From the NCBI RefSeq assembly GCF_006345805.1, contig NW_021832126.1, positions 62,001-126,000 on the forward strand: a DNA stretch of 64,000 nucleotides. The letters are read 5' to 3'. Each line of letters begins with the position of its first letter. Position 1 is the first letter of the stretch. The stretch comes from Octopus sinensis (Eukaryota). Shown here one piece after another: positions 39,683-51,805 of this stretch. The position numbers were made by a program, and so were the translations under genes. The notes under the pieces are model-generated. The model had not been told where the DNA came from, ran no database searches, and was given only the letters and a program-made list of their open reading frames with translations.

Positions 39683-40049
39683 CATGGATAGAGTGGACCC
39701 GGAACTAAATATATTTTAGTTCTTCGTGAATTCAAGCACCTTTCTTTTCCACCACCCTCCTTCAATATTGTTTTCGGATTTTAGGACCGATAGTCAAATC
39801 GGAATTTCTGAAAATAAAAATATTCTCAAAAAAAACTTGGAAAAATTCCTTTTCTTGACCGACATTAAAATGAACTAAACAAATGAAAGAAACTTGCTGT
39901 CTTAAAGTAGCATCCTTCTACATTTTTGCGCAAAAACACCTCCTTTTGCTTAATTAGTCTTGACAAAAATTCGATTTGGCAGATGCTTAGTTCATTAAAT
40001 AGTTATGTCATTAATCACAATTTAAATCAACGGCGACTGACTGAACTGA

Positions 40050-40764
40050 ATGTTGATATTCTCAATGAGTGCACTTGTCCTGACCGTCTCGCTAATTGAG
40101 ATGGACAAAATAATGATTTCGAACAGTTTCAGTACATGTTGGCATCCCGTCGTGAAGAAAAAATGTCAAAAAACGAATTATTTTTTCAATATTTCAACAC
40201 TCAAATGCGAAATATTAATCGACGAATGTTCAGAAAATGCAATTCAATTATTCCAATCTTTGGACGAATGCAACCAAAAATGTGCACCGGTCGAGAAGTA
40301 TTTGAGTATTCGGTTGATGACAAAACATAGATTCCACGATTTGTCCGAGACTAAAGAGGATCCTAGGCAATTATGGTCACACAGGACCGTCCTGCAGAGA
40401 GAGGGAGTACTCCCCATTGCAATGTATCAAGGAATCGACTGGATACTACTGCTTTTGTGTCGACAAAATAAACGGACGACTCACCAGTCCAATATTCACG
40501 TGGAACAACACATTTCTGTTGAATGGACAAAATGTCCACATTCCCTGTCTAAAGGAGACATATGGAGCCTGTAATTTTAAAAAACAGATTTTGCTAAAGA
40601 CAGGGGTTAAGACAAGGCTGCCTCGATGCAAATCAAATGGGAGTTATAAACGAGTTCAGTGTGAGAGAGTGGATGGCGAATTGATCTGCGACTGTGTAGA
40701 CCAAAACACAGGACTGTCCCGACAGTGCGCTCCCAATTCAGCAGTGGAGCTTCAGAATATTTAG
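40050..40764 (+). CDS. Secreted protein with one Kunitz and two thyroglobulin type-1 domains
   Basis: Signal peptide; six-Cys Kunitz-like CWHPVVKKKC..FQSLDECNQKC; TY motifs QC..CFCVD and QC..CDCVD; one 25-nt intron. Confidence 0.82.
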
Positions 40765-40859
40765 TTTAATAAAGAGAAGATGGTTAGACAAACATTATAA
40801 TAATAAAAATAGTGAATTTATTTTATTAATAATGAACGTGTAATGATTATAGTTTGGTT

Positions 40860-42413
40860 ATGCAACTTGTTGTTTTCATTGTCGGTTTGGTGGCTGCGTT
40901 TGCAATAATATCATTAATTATGTTCAATAATAACGATTGCAACACAAAGTCCTCAACTGATTCCCAACACAGTTCTCAAAAACGAGAGACTGGCCACTGC
41001 TCACACTTCCAACCCAATGCCAACGTCTTTAAATGTTTCTCAGACAACCCTCGAGAGAACGGAGTGGGAACTTGTTTGGCCTGTGGACGCAATTTTGTAT
41101 ATTTTTGTTACCATTGTTAGACACTCCCAAGCCAACTACAAGAACACTACGACCAGTCAAAATACATTCAACACTGCATTTTCCAGAGGGGAGACGACAC
41201 CTTCTGTATAATCTGTGACCAGCCACCTGAGACTTCCACTGACAGGCCCCCAATGAGTGGAGTGACCCATCTTCGACGACTCAACAATTTTGGGAATACA
41301 TGCTACCTGAACAGTGTAATGCAATGTCTCACGACCATCCCCCCTGTCATCAGTGCTGTCCTCGCTATTCAGTCTGCGGAGGGACTTGTTTCTGCCGTAG
41401 TCGACTTTTTTCGTGAAATGGTGAGCGGGTCCCCCAAACCGAGTCTTTTTTCATTTTCCGATTCCGCCGTCTTTAAACCCCGTCGGCTGCTCGATGCTTT
41501 CCAGTCTGAATGTACTGAGCCCTTCTTTACTCACAGATGAACATTTTGACGTGTTCAACAACAGGATGCTCACGAATTCTTCCTCCTTCTTATGGATGCT
41601 GTTGATAAACACAAGACGGGGGAGTGGGGGAGTGCAGTTGATTGTGTATTCCGCGGAAAACAACGAATGCGGTGTGTTTGCAGTCAATGTTCAGCGGTTG
41701 TCTGTTTTACTCACTTTGCAGTGTCAGGACTCAGTGGAGGACTACATTTGTCTGTCACTTTCCCTTGTTGATTCCTCTCCTGATTCTCCTGGCTCACTTG
41801 ATGTGGAATGGTTTGCTTTTTATGTCATTTTAGTTCGTCAAAGGACAGTTTGTCGTCCATGGAGGAGTGCAAATTGAAGGGAGGCACAATTCGTTCATTG
41901 TTGGGGCAATTCAGTTCATATCAGGTTGGCTGATTTGTCGACTCCACAGAAGCCTCTTTCTCTGGACAAACTACTCGCCAATTTTTTCAGGGAGGAGAAA
42001 TTGACTTTGACTTGCACGGGGTGTGGGAGTAATTCTGTGACTCGATCGACCACGCTCGTCTCCCTGCCCACTGTGCTGGTCCTCCACCTGATGAGATTCG
42101 GCTATGTATGTCCTGGGGGTATTTGTAGGTCAACGGGGAGTCCTTCAAGGGACATCGACATGTGCAGGTGGAGGAGACAATCGACATGACACCATTTTGT
42201 GATGAAGGACAGGAGGGGAGTCGTTATGTGTTGTCGGCAGCCATAACACACAGTGGAGTGCTAAATTATGGACATTACACTGCATTTGTCAAGACATACT
42301 CCTCTTTAGGGGACAAGTGGATGAATGTGAACGACGAATATTCCCGGGAGGCCAGTTTTACTGAAATAAGAGACAACCCGAGGATATATATCTTATTTTA
42401 TTCAAGATTATAA
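40860..42413 (+). CDS. Ubiquitin-specific protease with N-terminal TM anchor and ZnF-UBP-like domain
   Basis: Cys box LNNFGNTCYLNSVMQCL, QQDAHEF, His box HSGVLNYGHYTAFVK, YILFY; upstream exons join in frame through a 24-nt intron; a one-base frameshift near 41555. Confidence 0.85.
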
Positions 42414-43907
42414 TAAATGTCTTCTTAGTCTGTGGTACCATCGGCGTCCTCCATTGTCGATCAGTCTGTGCTGCACTTGCAGTAGAGGACGGGATGCCCG
42501 CAGTTCTCGAATGGCTGAATTGGTCAGTTCTGGGTTGTCGAAGCAGACCAGTCGTTGGAGACTGTGGCATATGTAGTCCAGACAGGCGGGGGTGAGGAGA
42601 GGACAGTTGTCCACAATCAGCACTCGCAGTACAGGACTCATTGCCAAGTACAATATTCCTTTGTTGGTGATCTTTCTGCAGCCGGATAAAGACTGAGAGT
42701 AGAGCATTCATAGACAACCAGGAAAGACAAATGAGGGCAGGAAAGAGCCAGTTCATAGATTAGTCGGTCAGTCACCTGCACTGTGGACACAAATGTACTG
42801 CATTGTTGCATCCATCCACGTCAAGAGCCCGAAGGTGAGGGCAGTGGTGGGACACACTGATTATTGAGTTTTCGGTGAGGTTGTGACAGTCGGCGACGGA
42901 CAGACACCTGGATAGGACATGGCATTACCGCAGTTGTGGACAATGCGTGGATAGGGCAGAGAGGGTGGAGGCACTCAGTGAGTGACACCCTCCCACGTCG
43001 AGAGTCCGCAGTCCCCGACAGTTCTGAGCCACTGAGAGAATGGCCATGTCGGACACCAACTGGGACTGAATTGACTCTCTACTTTGCAGTTGAGTAGAAC
43101 AAGGTGCCTCATCTCCTCATTCGCCTTCACTATCCCAGTGACAGTGTTGTTGGTGATCTGTCCGTGAATAGGAGACATACTGAAGGATTGGAGGACAAGG
43201 CAAGGGAGGACAGACTGTGGAGTTGACACATCTCCTGGAATGCAGTGTTTGTTAGGTTAGGACAGGCACTCACGTCCAGAAGGGTCAGTCGGGGACATTT
43301 ATTGCTGACGAATCAGTGAATGAAATGACCATAATTGGAGTATTGCTGAGTCAGTGATTTTAGTGCGAGACAGTCTGATCTGTGTGAGGGAAGGACAGTT
43401 GGAGACCACCACACTCACTACACTGAAAGGGGGAGGACAGTCCAACTAGTCAGTGAGGAGAGGACAGTCAGCCAGATTGAGTGACTCAATGAATGGACAA
43501 ACCCGACTGACTGGACTACTCCATTACCAACTACTCATCACATCAATTCCATGTTCAAGTAAGTAAAACTAATATCCAGACTTCGCAGGTATTTCCCAGC
43601 CCGAACAGAGAGGGTCTGCCTCAGTCATACAAAAATAACTGAAATTGAGCAAGGACAGTCCCCCAGACTAAGATCTCTGTAATTTAGTCCGGAGTAGGCC
43701 AGTCGAAGCCACCACTGGAAATGATCAGCACAATCCACTTTGCACACGAGGAAACACCGGGATAGACACTTGTGGTCAAGATAACTGAACACGCCCAGTA
43801 TTTGTAGCCTGGCAGAATGTCGTTGATGTTTGGGTCGATGTTGGGAGTTTTCTTTTTTCTTTTTCCTTTAATATATTTTAAAACTGAATACCGGTGATAC
43901 CGAACAT
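42408..43907 (-). CDS. F-box/LRR protein (FBXL2/FBXL20-like)
   Basis: F-box INDILP-RLQILGVFSYLDHKCLSRC; Cys-containing LRRs; C-terminal LRVLIVDNCPLLT..; about 11 introns of 21-26 nt; one-base frameshift at ~43811. Confidence 0.85.
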
Positions 43908-44139
43908 CAATCACTGTTTTCAAATACAATATATATTTTTACAAATAAAATTTTTATAAAATTAAAAAAAAGTTTTATTTTATTAGGAGCTTCCCACTTG
44001 GGCACCTAAATAATTTAGATATTTTTGGCTTCTATATATAAAAAGTTTTTGAATTATACTTTTTTAAAATAATTTGGATAAATTTTGTTAAATACAAATT
44101 TAAGTTATAAAATAATTACCGCGTTTTTTGGTGGTTTTA

Positions 44140-46772
44140 ATGATTGTACGTCTCCGATTCTGTAATTTAGGCCGAATTCAAAAACTATGTATTCAAACAA
44201 GTCGAGAAAATTAAAAACAACCGAGACATAAGCAAAATCTTCAAAGAACTCGACTCTATTGACAGTTTCCAAACAAATGGTCTCTATCATAGCCCAACTG
44301 AGTCTCATGATCTCACAATGCTCCAACCTTAGCGAGATGTTTGTCTCCTCAATCAACAAAACTTACAACCAACTAGCATTCAAGTATTCTCAATTAGTAA
44401 TTAACAGAACTGTCCTCCAAAATCTCCCCTCCCCTCAATTCGAGAGTAAATGTATTCCTTTATTTCAGAAACTCGAAATATATTCACTAAAATAGCAAAA
44501 AATGAAGGAAATTGGCACTTCCACAGCCAAGTCCCGGTCGTGTTTATCATTTATATTCTAGTTGGAGGAATTATCCTTACTCACCCCTCCTTCTGAGAGG
44601 TTTGGGGGAGTAAAATTCTCAATAGAAGTCGCCTGGTTTATCGAAAAGTGTTTTTCAGAGAGGAAGGAAAATTGTGGAAGCCAGCAGTCGTGTTGGAGGT
44701 GATGGAGTCGTTTTTTATTCTCCAAACATCCAACACGATGATTGAGTTAGTCAGAGGGGAGGATATTGCCTTATGTGACCTCTCACGTGCTTTGGAGGTG
44801 GGGACTCGAGTTGTCGGTAATTTCTGTGTCTATGAATAGTCGACTGTGGGGAGTTGAGGCCGGGGGTGGTCCTCGAACAGCCTACTGAGGGCAACCAATA
44901 CAGGTATTAAGTAATTAGGCCATGTTTTGGTATCTAATCTGGCGGGATGTGGATGTTGTGGAGTACATGTACTTCGAGAGAGTGTTTCCTTTATTCCAGC
45001 AATGTTGGTGTGTTATCCATGTTGGTAGTCCCCGTCTCCTGGGATGAGATATCACGCAAACTGGGAGTTAATTCTCGTGTTTTGAACGGTGGACTGCCCG
45101 AGGTTATTCTCAGTTGTGATTGTAGGAGTCACTCCAATTCAAGAAGGGGGATTCCGTGGTGGTTGTGTTGAACACACAATGGTGGGACATTTGGCTAATT
45201 GTAGGGTCTCTGCTCTCATTAAGGCGGTGGATTGTTCGCTTGTTCTTGTCGGGGAGGAGAATGAGCGGTGGATTCATCGACGGTCGTATTTTGTTCGTCC
45301 ATCCCCCCCACAATACTCGTGTCCACGGCATAAACCCACGGATGGCAAGTTCCGTTATATTGTGCTGTCACAACCCCCCGCCAACCACCACGTCAGTCAC
45401 TCCTGTGGACCTGCGTGTTTGGAAGGGGTCACTTCCGTGTCCAAACTGAGTGGTGATTTTAACTTCCTGATGTCTCCAATGCTGTGTGGGTGGAGTCGGT
45501 GGGATGTGTGTGATATTGGATAGGAGGAGAGTGAGGATGGGGGAGGGATTGCATGTGGAGTATACGTGTCCTTGTGGGGTGTTGATGTACTCTATTGAGG
45601 ACATTGATGAGTACTTGGTCACCACTCGCAGTGACCTTACCATTGACATGTTCTCACTCGACCCGGAGATTATTCCAACCAGGCGATTCGAGCCATCGGA
45701 GATAAAAACCTCGTTGGATGATATTTCTCTGGGGAGGGAGCCAATCCCTGTCAGTTGTGTGAATAGTGTGGATGGGAGACTGCCAGACTACGTCGAGTAC
45801 ATGGTCGGGAGGAGGTCTTCCAAGGGAGTCAATATTGCCACCGATCCAGAATTCCTTGTCTGTTGTGAGTGTACCGACGACTGTAAAGTTGGCATGGATT
45901 GACCAATCAGAATTCAGAGGAGTGTGCCTGCCAAAGACTGACCAACCAGGAGGGTGATGGGACTGTCTCATATGCACATCGACGAATGAGGAATGGGAAG
46001 AGTGTTATCACAGGGTGAGTACTCGAATTTAATGGTCAGGATTTACGAATGCAATAGTCAGTGCTCGTGCTCCCACAAATGTCGGAATAGAGTGGCTCAG
46101 AACCCGTTGAGGTGGCATCTCCAGACGTTCTACACTCTCGAAAAGTATTCGAGTTGTCTGACATAGCAGAGGCTGGGGACTGCGCTGTCTCGAGGATATC
46201 CCTGCCAGGACATTTGTGTGTTTATACAACGGGATTGTGTTGACAGACCGACAGGCCACAAATGACGGGAATAAGTTCGGGGATGAGTATTTGGCCGATC
46301 TCGATTTTATTGAGCGATGTGAGTGCGATAAAGGACTGCTCATGTCGGAGGACTCAGCCCTGGAAGACTCCACTTCGGAGGAGTGTTCTGTCAGTCCGCG
46401 AAGGTCGAAAAAGCGTGACCCCTACGTGCCTGTCCGTTCATTATATGGCAAGAATAATTCCCTGTTCATAGTGGACTCGAAGGTGACGGGGAATGTGGGT
46501 CGATTCACCAATGTTCTCATTATTCTGTCATGTGCTAGCACAGTTGCAGTCCTAATTTGTTTGTCCAGAGTGTGTTTGTCGATTCACATGATTTGCGGGC
46601 TCCCTACATTGCCTATTTCACGTCCCGGTGAGTGTCCTCTTCTCATTTTTGTAGGACTTTGGTGGCGGGGACTGAGTTGTGTTGGGATTATAATTACCAA
46701 GTGGGGAGTGTTCCTGGGAGAGTCATCATGTGCAAGTGTGGTGCCGATAATTGTCGGGGCAGACTTCTCTAA
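44140..46772 (+). CDS. SETDB1: H3K9 methyltransferase SETDB1/eggless
   Basis: Tudor domains, MBD ([14 protein letters not shown]), pre-SET ([18 protein letters not shown]), split SET ([30 protein letters not shown]), post-[16 protein letters not shown]. Confidence 0.93.
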
Positions 46773-46848
46773 TATTCTCATTTGCTTATTATGGATTCCC
46801 CAACTGTCAACTTTGATAAAAGAACAATGATTAGAATGGATGACCAAG

Positions 46849-47912
46849 TTAAACTGAGTGGATCAGGTTGAACAAGTCCCTAACAGATCCCGTCGTGTAA
46901 GTCGGCCTGGGTGAAGACCCCATAGACGAGTCCCGTGGAGTCACACCAGAGAATACAAGCAATGACAAGCACCCAAGTCGGTCAGCAAAAAGTATGTCAG
47001 TGTCCAGCCTACAATCAATCAACTAAGACAACTTATCCCCAATCATTAGACTCCGGGATGCATTATTCACTGTTATATTGAACTTGGTTCGCACGTAGTC
47101 GACTATTGCCTGATTCGGCTTTCCAACCACTGCCTCCGGGTCTCGTCCTGAAGCAGCCTTGATTGCGGCCAAAATGACGCCCGCTCCTTCAGTTTAAGTC
47201 GATTGTAGTCTACCGGGTAGATTTACTCCAGGTCTGACGGGATACGAAATGTCGTCATTTGCAGCCAAAAAGTGACAATTTGGATTTCGCAGATAGTAGG
47301 AGGCCTCGGACAAATGCAGGTATCCAAAATTGAGACAAAGCCCCACGACGACACAGGAAACCTCATAAATAGACAAAACAGAATACGTTGTCCTTGAACT
47401 GAATTTCTGATCTTTTCTTGTGCAAGTCTGTTGTATCTCCGTCTAATGGTTTCTCCACTTGGAGAGGGAAGTGAGGAATATTGCTTTCCTCGAGTTCCTG
47501 AGCGATGCCGTGCATTCCGACAATGTAGACATTCCCACTGAGAGAAAGGTTGCGGGAAATGTAGTCGGCCATGACTGCAGCACTGCAGACAATGTTTTCC
47601 TTGGAATGACCGTCGTGGGCATACTCGGGATATTGAGGGCACTCCAATTGACTTGAACTTTTGGAAATATTCCACCCTCGACTTTGAACTATTGTTGGAA
47701 ACGATAATGACACGTTTTCCCTACTCAATGAGAGGGATGATGTCAGACTAGTAATGCAAGGTAGTTGAGAAGATCAACTGCTCCGTCGATCAGGTGGGGA
47801 CCATTCCAAAGTACTCCTTCGATGTATTACGGACAGTACCGTCGCAGTCAAAAATGAAGGTGTCTATTCGATTTATGAGGCCACAGGCGTCCAATTTGGT
47901 TAATTCGGTCAT
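46849..47912 (-). CDS. HAD-IIA phosphatase (phosphoglycolate/pyridoxal phosphatase family)
   Basis: FIFDCDG/VLW, VSNNSSKSR, VVGKP, MIGDK/LDTDILF; six mini-introns. Confidence 0.9.
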
Positions 47913-48215
47913 TAAATATCAGTTTTTTATATTATAAAATAGTATCCTTTTTTAATTTGAAAGAAAAAACTACAAATTATTGTGATACAAACTATAAAAT
48001 GTTACAACCTGTTCAGAACAAATTTTCAAATTGATAAGCACAATTTACAATTTCACTATAAAACTCGCTTTGTATTAGTTTAGATTCACTCTAGAACAAG
48101 CAACAGGTTTAATTAATTATAACTCAAAACTACATCATAATCCTGCTAACTTTCTAATTTCTGATGCCAGTTAGGAAACAGGCCTTATAATGTTTAAATT
48201 GGACTCGCAATAAGT

Positions 48216-49005
48216 TTACTCCTGCAAAATAGGAAATAATGTATGGAAATCCGACAGTGCGTAGTGCAAAGTTATCGAACTCATTTCGTGATAAATAACA
48301 TTAAAAAGCATATTATCAAAAGCAATATAAAGTGACCAGTTCATCCCGAATACCTGCGAATATACAACCCAATACAACGGGGGGAATTCCAATCTGTTGA
48401 CGTAGTAGTCAATATCACTCATCTTCCAGTCATAGTAGTGTTTCACAATCCTGCTCTGAAATAAGTAACGCGAATACCACGTCCATTTCAGGAAATACGT
48501 TCTCTCTTATCATCAAAAAGTTCTTTCCGTATGAATTCATGCCCATTAAAAATTTTTTCTGAGAAAATATAAACTCGACTCACATGGTCGGTGACCGTCC
48601 AAACATCAAAGACTTGTTTGGTAGATAAAGTGGAGACCACGTCCAGGAGAGCGAGGTTGACGCAGCCTTTATTCTCGTGCAGTTTGTCGTGTGCGAGGGC
48701 CTTCGTCGTGTCGTTGGATGAAAGTGCCAACGACAAATCCTGTCTTTTTTCCTTGACATAGTCACAATTCAGGACTAGACTCCTTGCTGTGATTACGTGG
48801 GCATTACCTCACACAATTTAGGTATTTCTCGAACTCTACGTCTGAAGATTCCCAGATGAGGGTTTCCAATGCCTCGCCTTCTGGGGGAAACAACACCTCG
48901 GTTTCCCGGTACGGGGGGATTTGGGCCTAAGATTGGATGAAGTGTCTGGAAAACTTGGTGATTTGCGCCGATTTCTATTTTGTAGTCCCCCTTCTTGTAG
49001 GCCAT
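48216..49005 (-). CDS. ELM2-SANT corepressor protein (RERE/atrophin/MTA-like)
   Basis: IEIGANHQ/AQIP..LIWE..SSNDTTKALAHDKLHEN..W..KKFLMGMNSYGKNFLMIR..HYYDWK. Confidence 0.8.
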
Positions 49006-49210
49006 ACAAGATTCAATATTCAAATATCAGCTATATTTTTAATAATTTACGTTAAACTTTTTATTTTAATATTATTTAAAAATTATGTCGCGGCTGGAAG
49101 TGAAATCAGGACAGGTGTCCCAACTGTGACAGCCGTGGAGTAAATCTCCAACCTGCAAACAAACAACGATTATGTTTATTGTGTAACAAACTCTAAAGGG
49201 AATTGCGATG

Positions 49211-50040
49211 TTACTTATGCTCTCTGGATTTGTTTTTGATTTGAAACATACAAGTTGTTTTAACAAGTAGTTTCTCAATTCCCAGTGTATAAATATTGTC
49301 ATGTATATTCCAACACCAAAGCCACTTTATTTTCGATTTGTACGAAAATATCCTAAAAAGATAATTCTGCGTACAGCGGAAAGAAGGCAGACTAAATAGT
49401 TCTGGTTGATTGCAGGTTTCAACGTCTAAAAGCACTCTCTGGCCCAGATTACGTCCCAGGTCTTGATTAGACTGTGAGAAGCGAAAAGTTTGAGTATGTC
49501 TTGAAAGATAAGTCGTAACTGAGTGCGTCTATTGCACATTCCAATAAGTTTCAAATCTCATGGACAAAACAACGGCTGCTGTAACAGAAGTTGTATGCTG
49601 ACTACCATCGACGGAACTAATTCCAAACACCAGGGAATGATCTCCGCTCATTTTCCTAAATTCAATAAGGCGTGCCGAGAGAAGAAGATTTTTAGCGGAA
49701 TATCTCCAATAAAAATTGGGTAACCGAAATAGCAGAAAGATGGTCTCTTAGTCAAGAAAAAATTTGAGATCCCGTCCAGACCTTTGCATGTGCTTAAAAA
49801 TTTAATGTTCTTCAGATGTCTGATGTAATTTCCGAGTGGTTTGTCCTCAATAGAAATCATCATCTTGGCTGAAGGTTTGAGACCGTTCATAACTGGCCAG
49901 ATATCCTCCTCATTGCTTAAGATTTTATTGATGCGACAAGGATTATTGATGTGGCGAATGTAGTCGTCTCCATTGTTGGAAGGAACTTGAGTGCAAAGAA
50001 AGTCTCCATAAAAGCCGATAATCTGAATGGCCCTTTGATA
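49211..50040 (-). other. Possible unknown gene or decayed element
   Basis: GC-richer block with open segments (NEEDIWPVMNGLKPSAK..) but no recognisable motif or consistent splice model. Confidence 0.25.
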
Positions 50041-50458
50041 GTCAAAAAAATAAAATTTAATATATTGATATTATTAAAAATAGTCTACCACTCACACGTG
50101 AAATATTGGAAGTAAAATAAATTCTGCTTTCCTGGAAATACTATTGAATAATCATTCAAATTAAATAATTTAGATTAAATAAGACAAAAATATTATAAAC
50201 GAGAACAGCAAATCCCCGCAAATTAATAACTTTTGCTTGTCTTGTTAATATAAAAAATAACATAAAGACAAATTGTTTATTTTAATTGCAAAACATCCCT
50301 AAAATTGATAGTGATATTTGTTATTAGACTATTAAAAGACAATAAATGTTGTCTTATTTTTGTAACATTTAATGTCTAAAAATGGGTGTTGCGAGTTTTA
50401 GGAAACAAAATTTTATCTATAAAAGTATAAATAAATTGTCTATCTAGCAATTGTTAAA

Positions 50459-51805
50459 ATGCTTGTTCTATTATTATTGTTTTCAACTTCTGACATGTTT
50501 TGGTGGCATTTCAATGTATACATAGGTAATTTGTTTACAATCAGCTTGTATTAGATTTAATGTTTTGGGAGGATGGGAAAATAATCAATGACCCAAAATG
50601 TTTTGATATTGAAGGTTAAAATTGTTTAAAAAATGTTAATTTTAGAAGTACGTAAAGAATTATGTAACGATTACTTTCGTCCTGCAACAAGAATTTGTGG
50701 AGATTCGAGATATCATATTCATTACGTTGGTTTGAAATTTTTAAATATAGTATAATAGAATTTCCATTCGCAAATTTTTATATAGACAAACACGGAAACC
50801 TTGAAACGTGTTTCCAACGGAAAATTCTTACACATGAAACTGGAGACAAAATAGTAGTGGTTTATATGTTGTGTATATAATTTAAAGCTGAAAAACGGAA
50901 CTGAATATGCATATGCAGATACCAGATCCTTAGTCAAAGTAGAAGAAACTGATGATATTTCGTTCAGATATTATGTAATTGACAATGGATTTGAAACATA
51001 TTTTTGTATTTCATATAAAATTAAAAATAGTTTTTCCGTATGTTCTTAAAGGACTCGAAGTAATTTACTATCAAAACAATTTTCTTAATTTCTACTTGGA
51101 AACATTTAGAACTGAAGCCACGCCCGGTGATGTATGCATTTATGTTGATGACTATTCAATTTGTGAACCAATTATAAATTGTTTTACATTTATAAATTTA
51201 TTATTAGACGTCGCTGGTATAGAAATATGGAATATAAAAACAGACGAGGTTTATTTGTCTGTGAATTTCAAACTACCTAATGGATTTAAGGAATTTTATT
51301 TTGTGAATAAAACTATGCAAAGAGTTGGCAATTATCTTCCTGAAAACGAAGAAACTAAAACAGACATATATAAAATCGGATCAGAACTGCCGGAATGGAA
51401 ACAAAAAAATATTTCAATAACAAGCACGGAACAAGATTTGACGAATGTATCACAGAAAAAAAACAAAATGGAAAAAAAATGTTCGTTTAATTAAATGAAA
51501 TTGTAGATATATACATATTTTTGAGTTTATCAGTTGCATCTGTGTTTCTTATTATCATTTTCGCGATAGGTAATTATATTTTTTTAATACAAGTTTTAAT
51601 ACGCTGGATCAAATCAAGAAAATCCGAAAAAATGTATGAGAAAATAAATACATACTTAACTGGATTCTCATTTCAGCGGGAAACTAACAAATTAGTTAAT
51701 GGCACTATAAGACTCTGGGGCACCCTCGCGAATAGAAAAGTCATTCCCACGGATAACGACGATCAACAGTCGTTCCAAGTCCAAAATGACCTGATAATTA
51801 ATTAA
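50459..51805 (+). CDS. Lineage-specific type I membrane protein
   Basis: Signal MLVLLLLFSTS, several exons with mini-introns, TM YIFLSLSVASVFLIIIFAI followed by the basic stop-transfer RWIKSRK. Confidence 0.55.
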
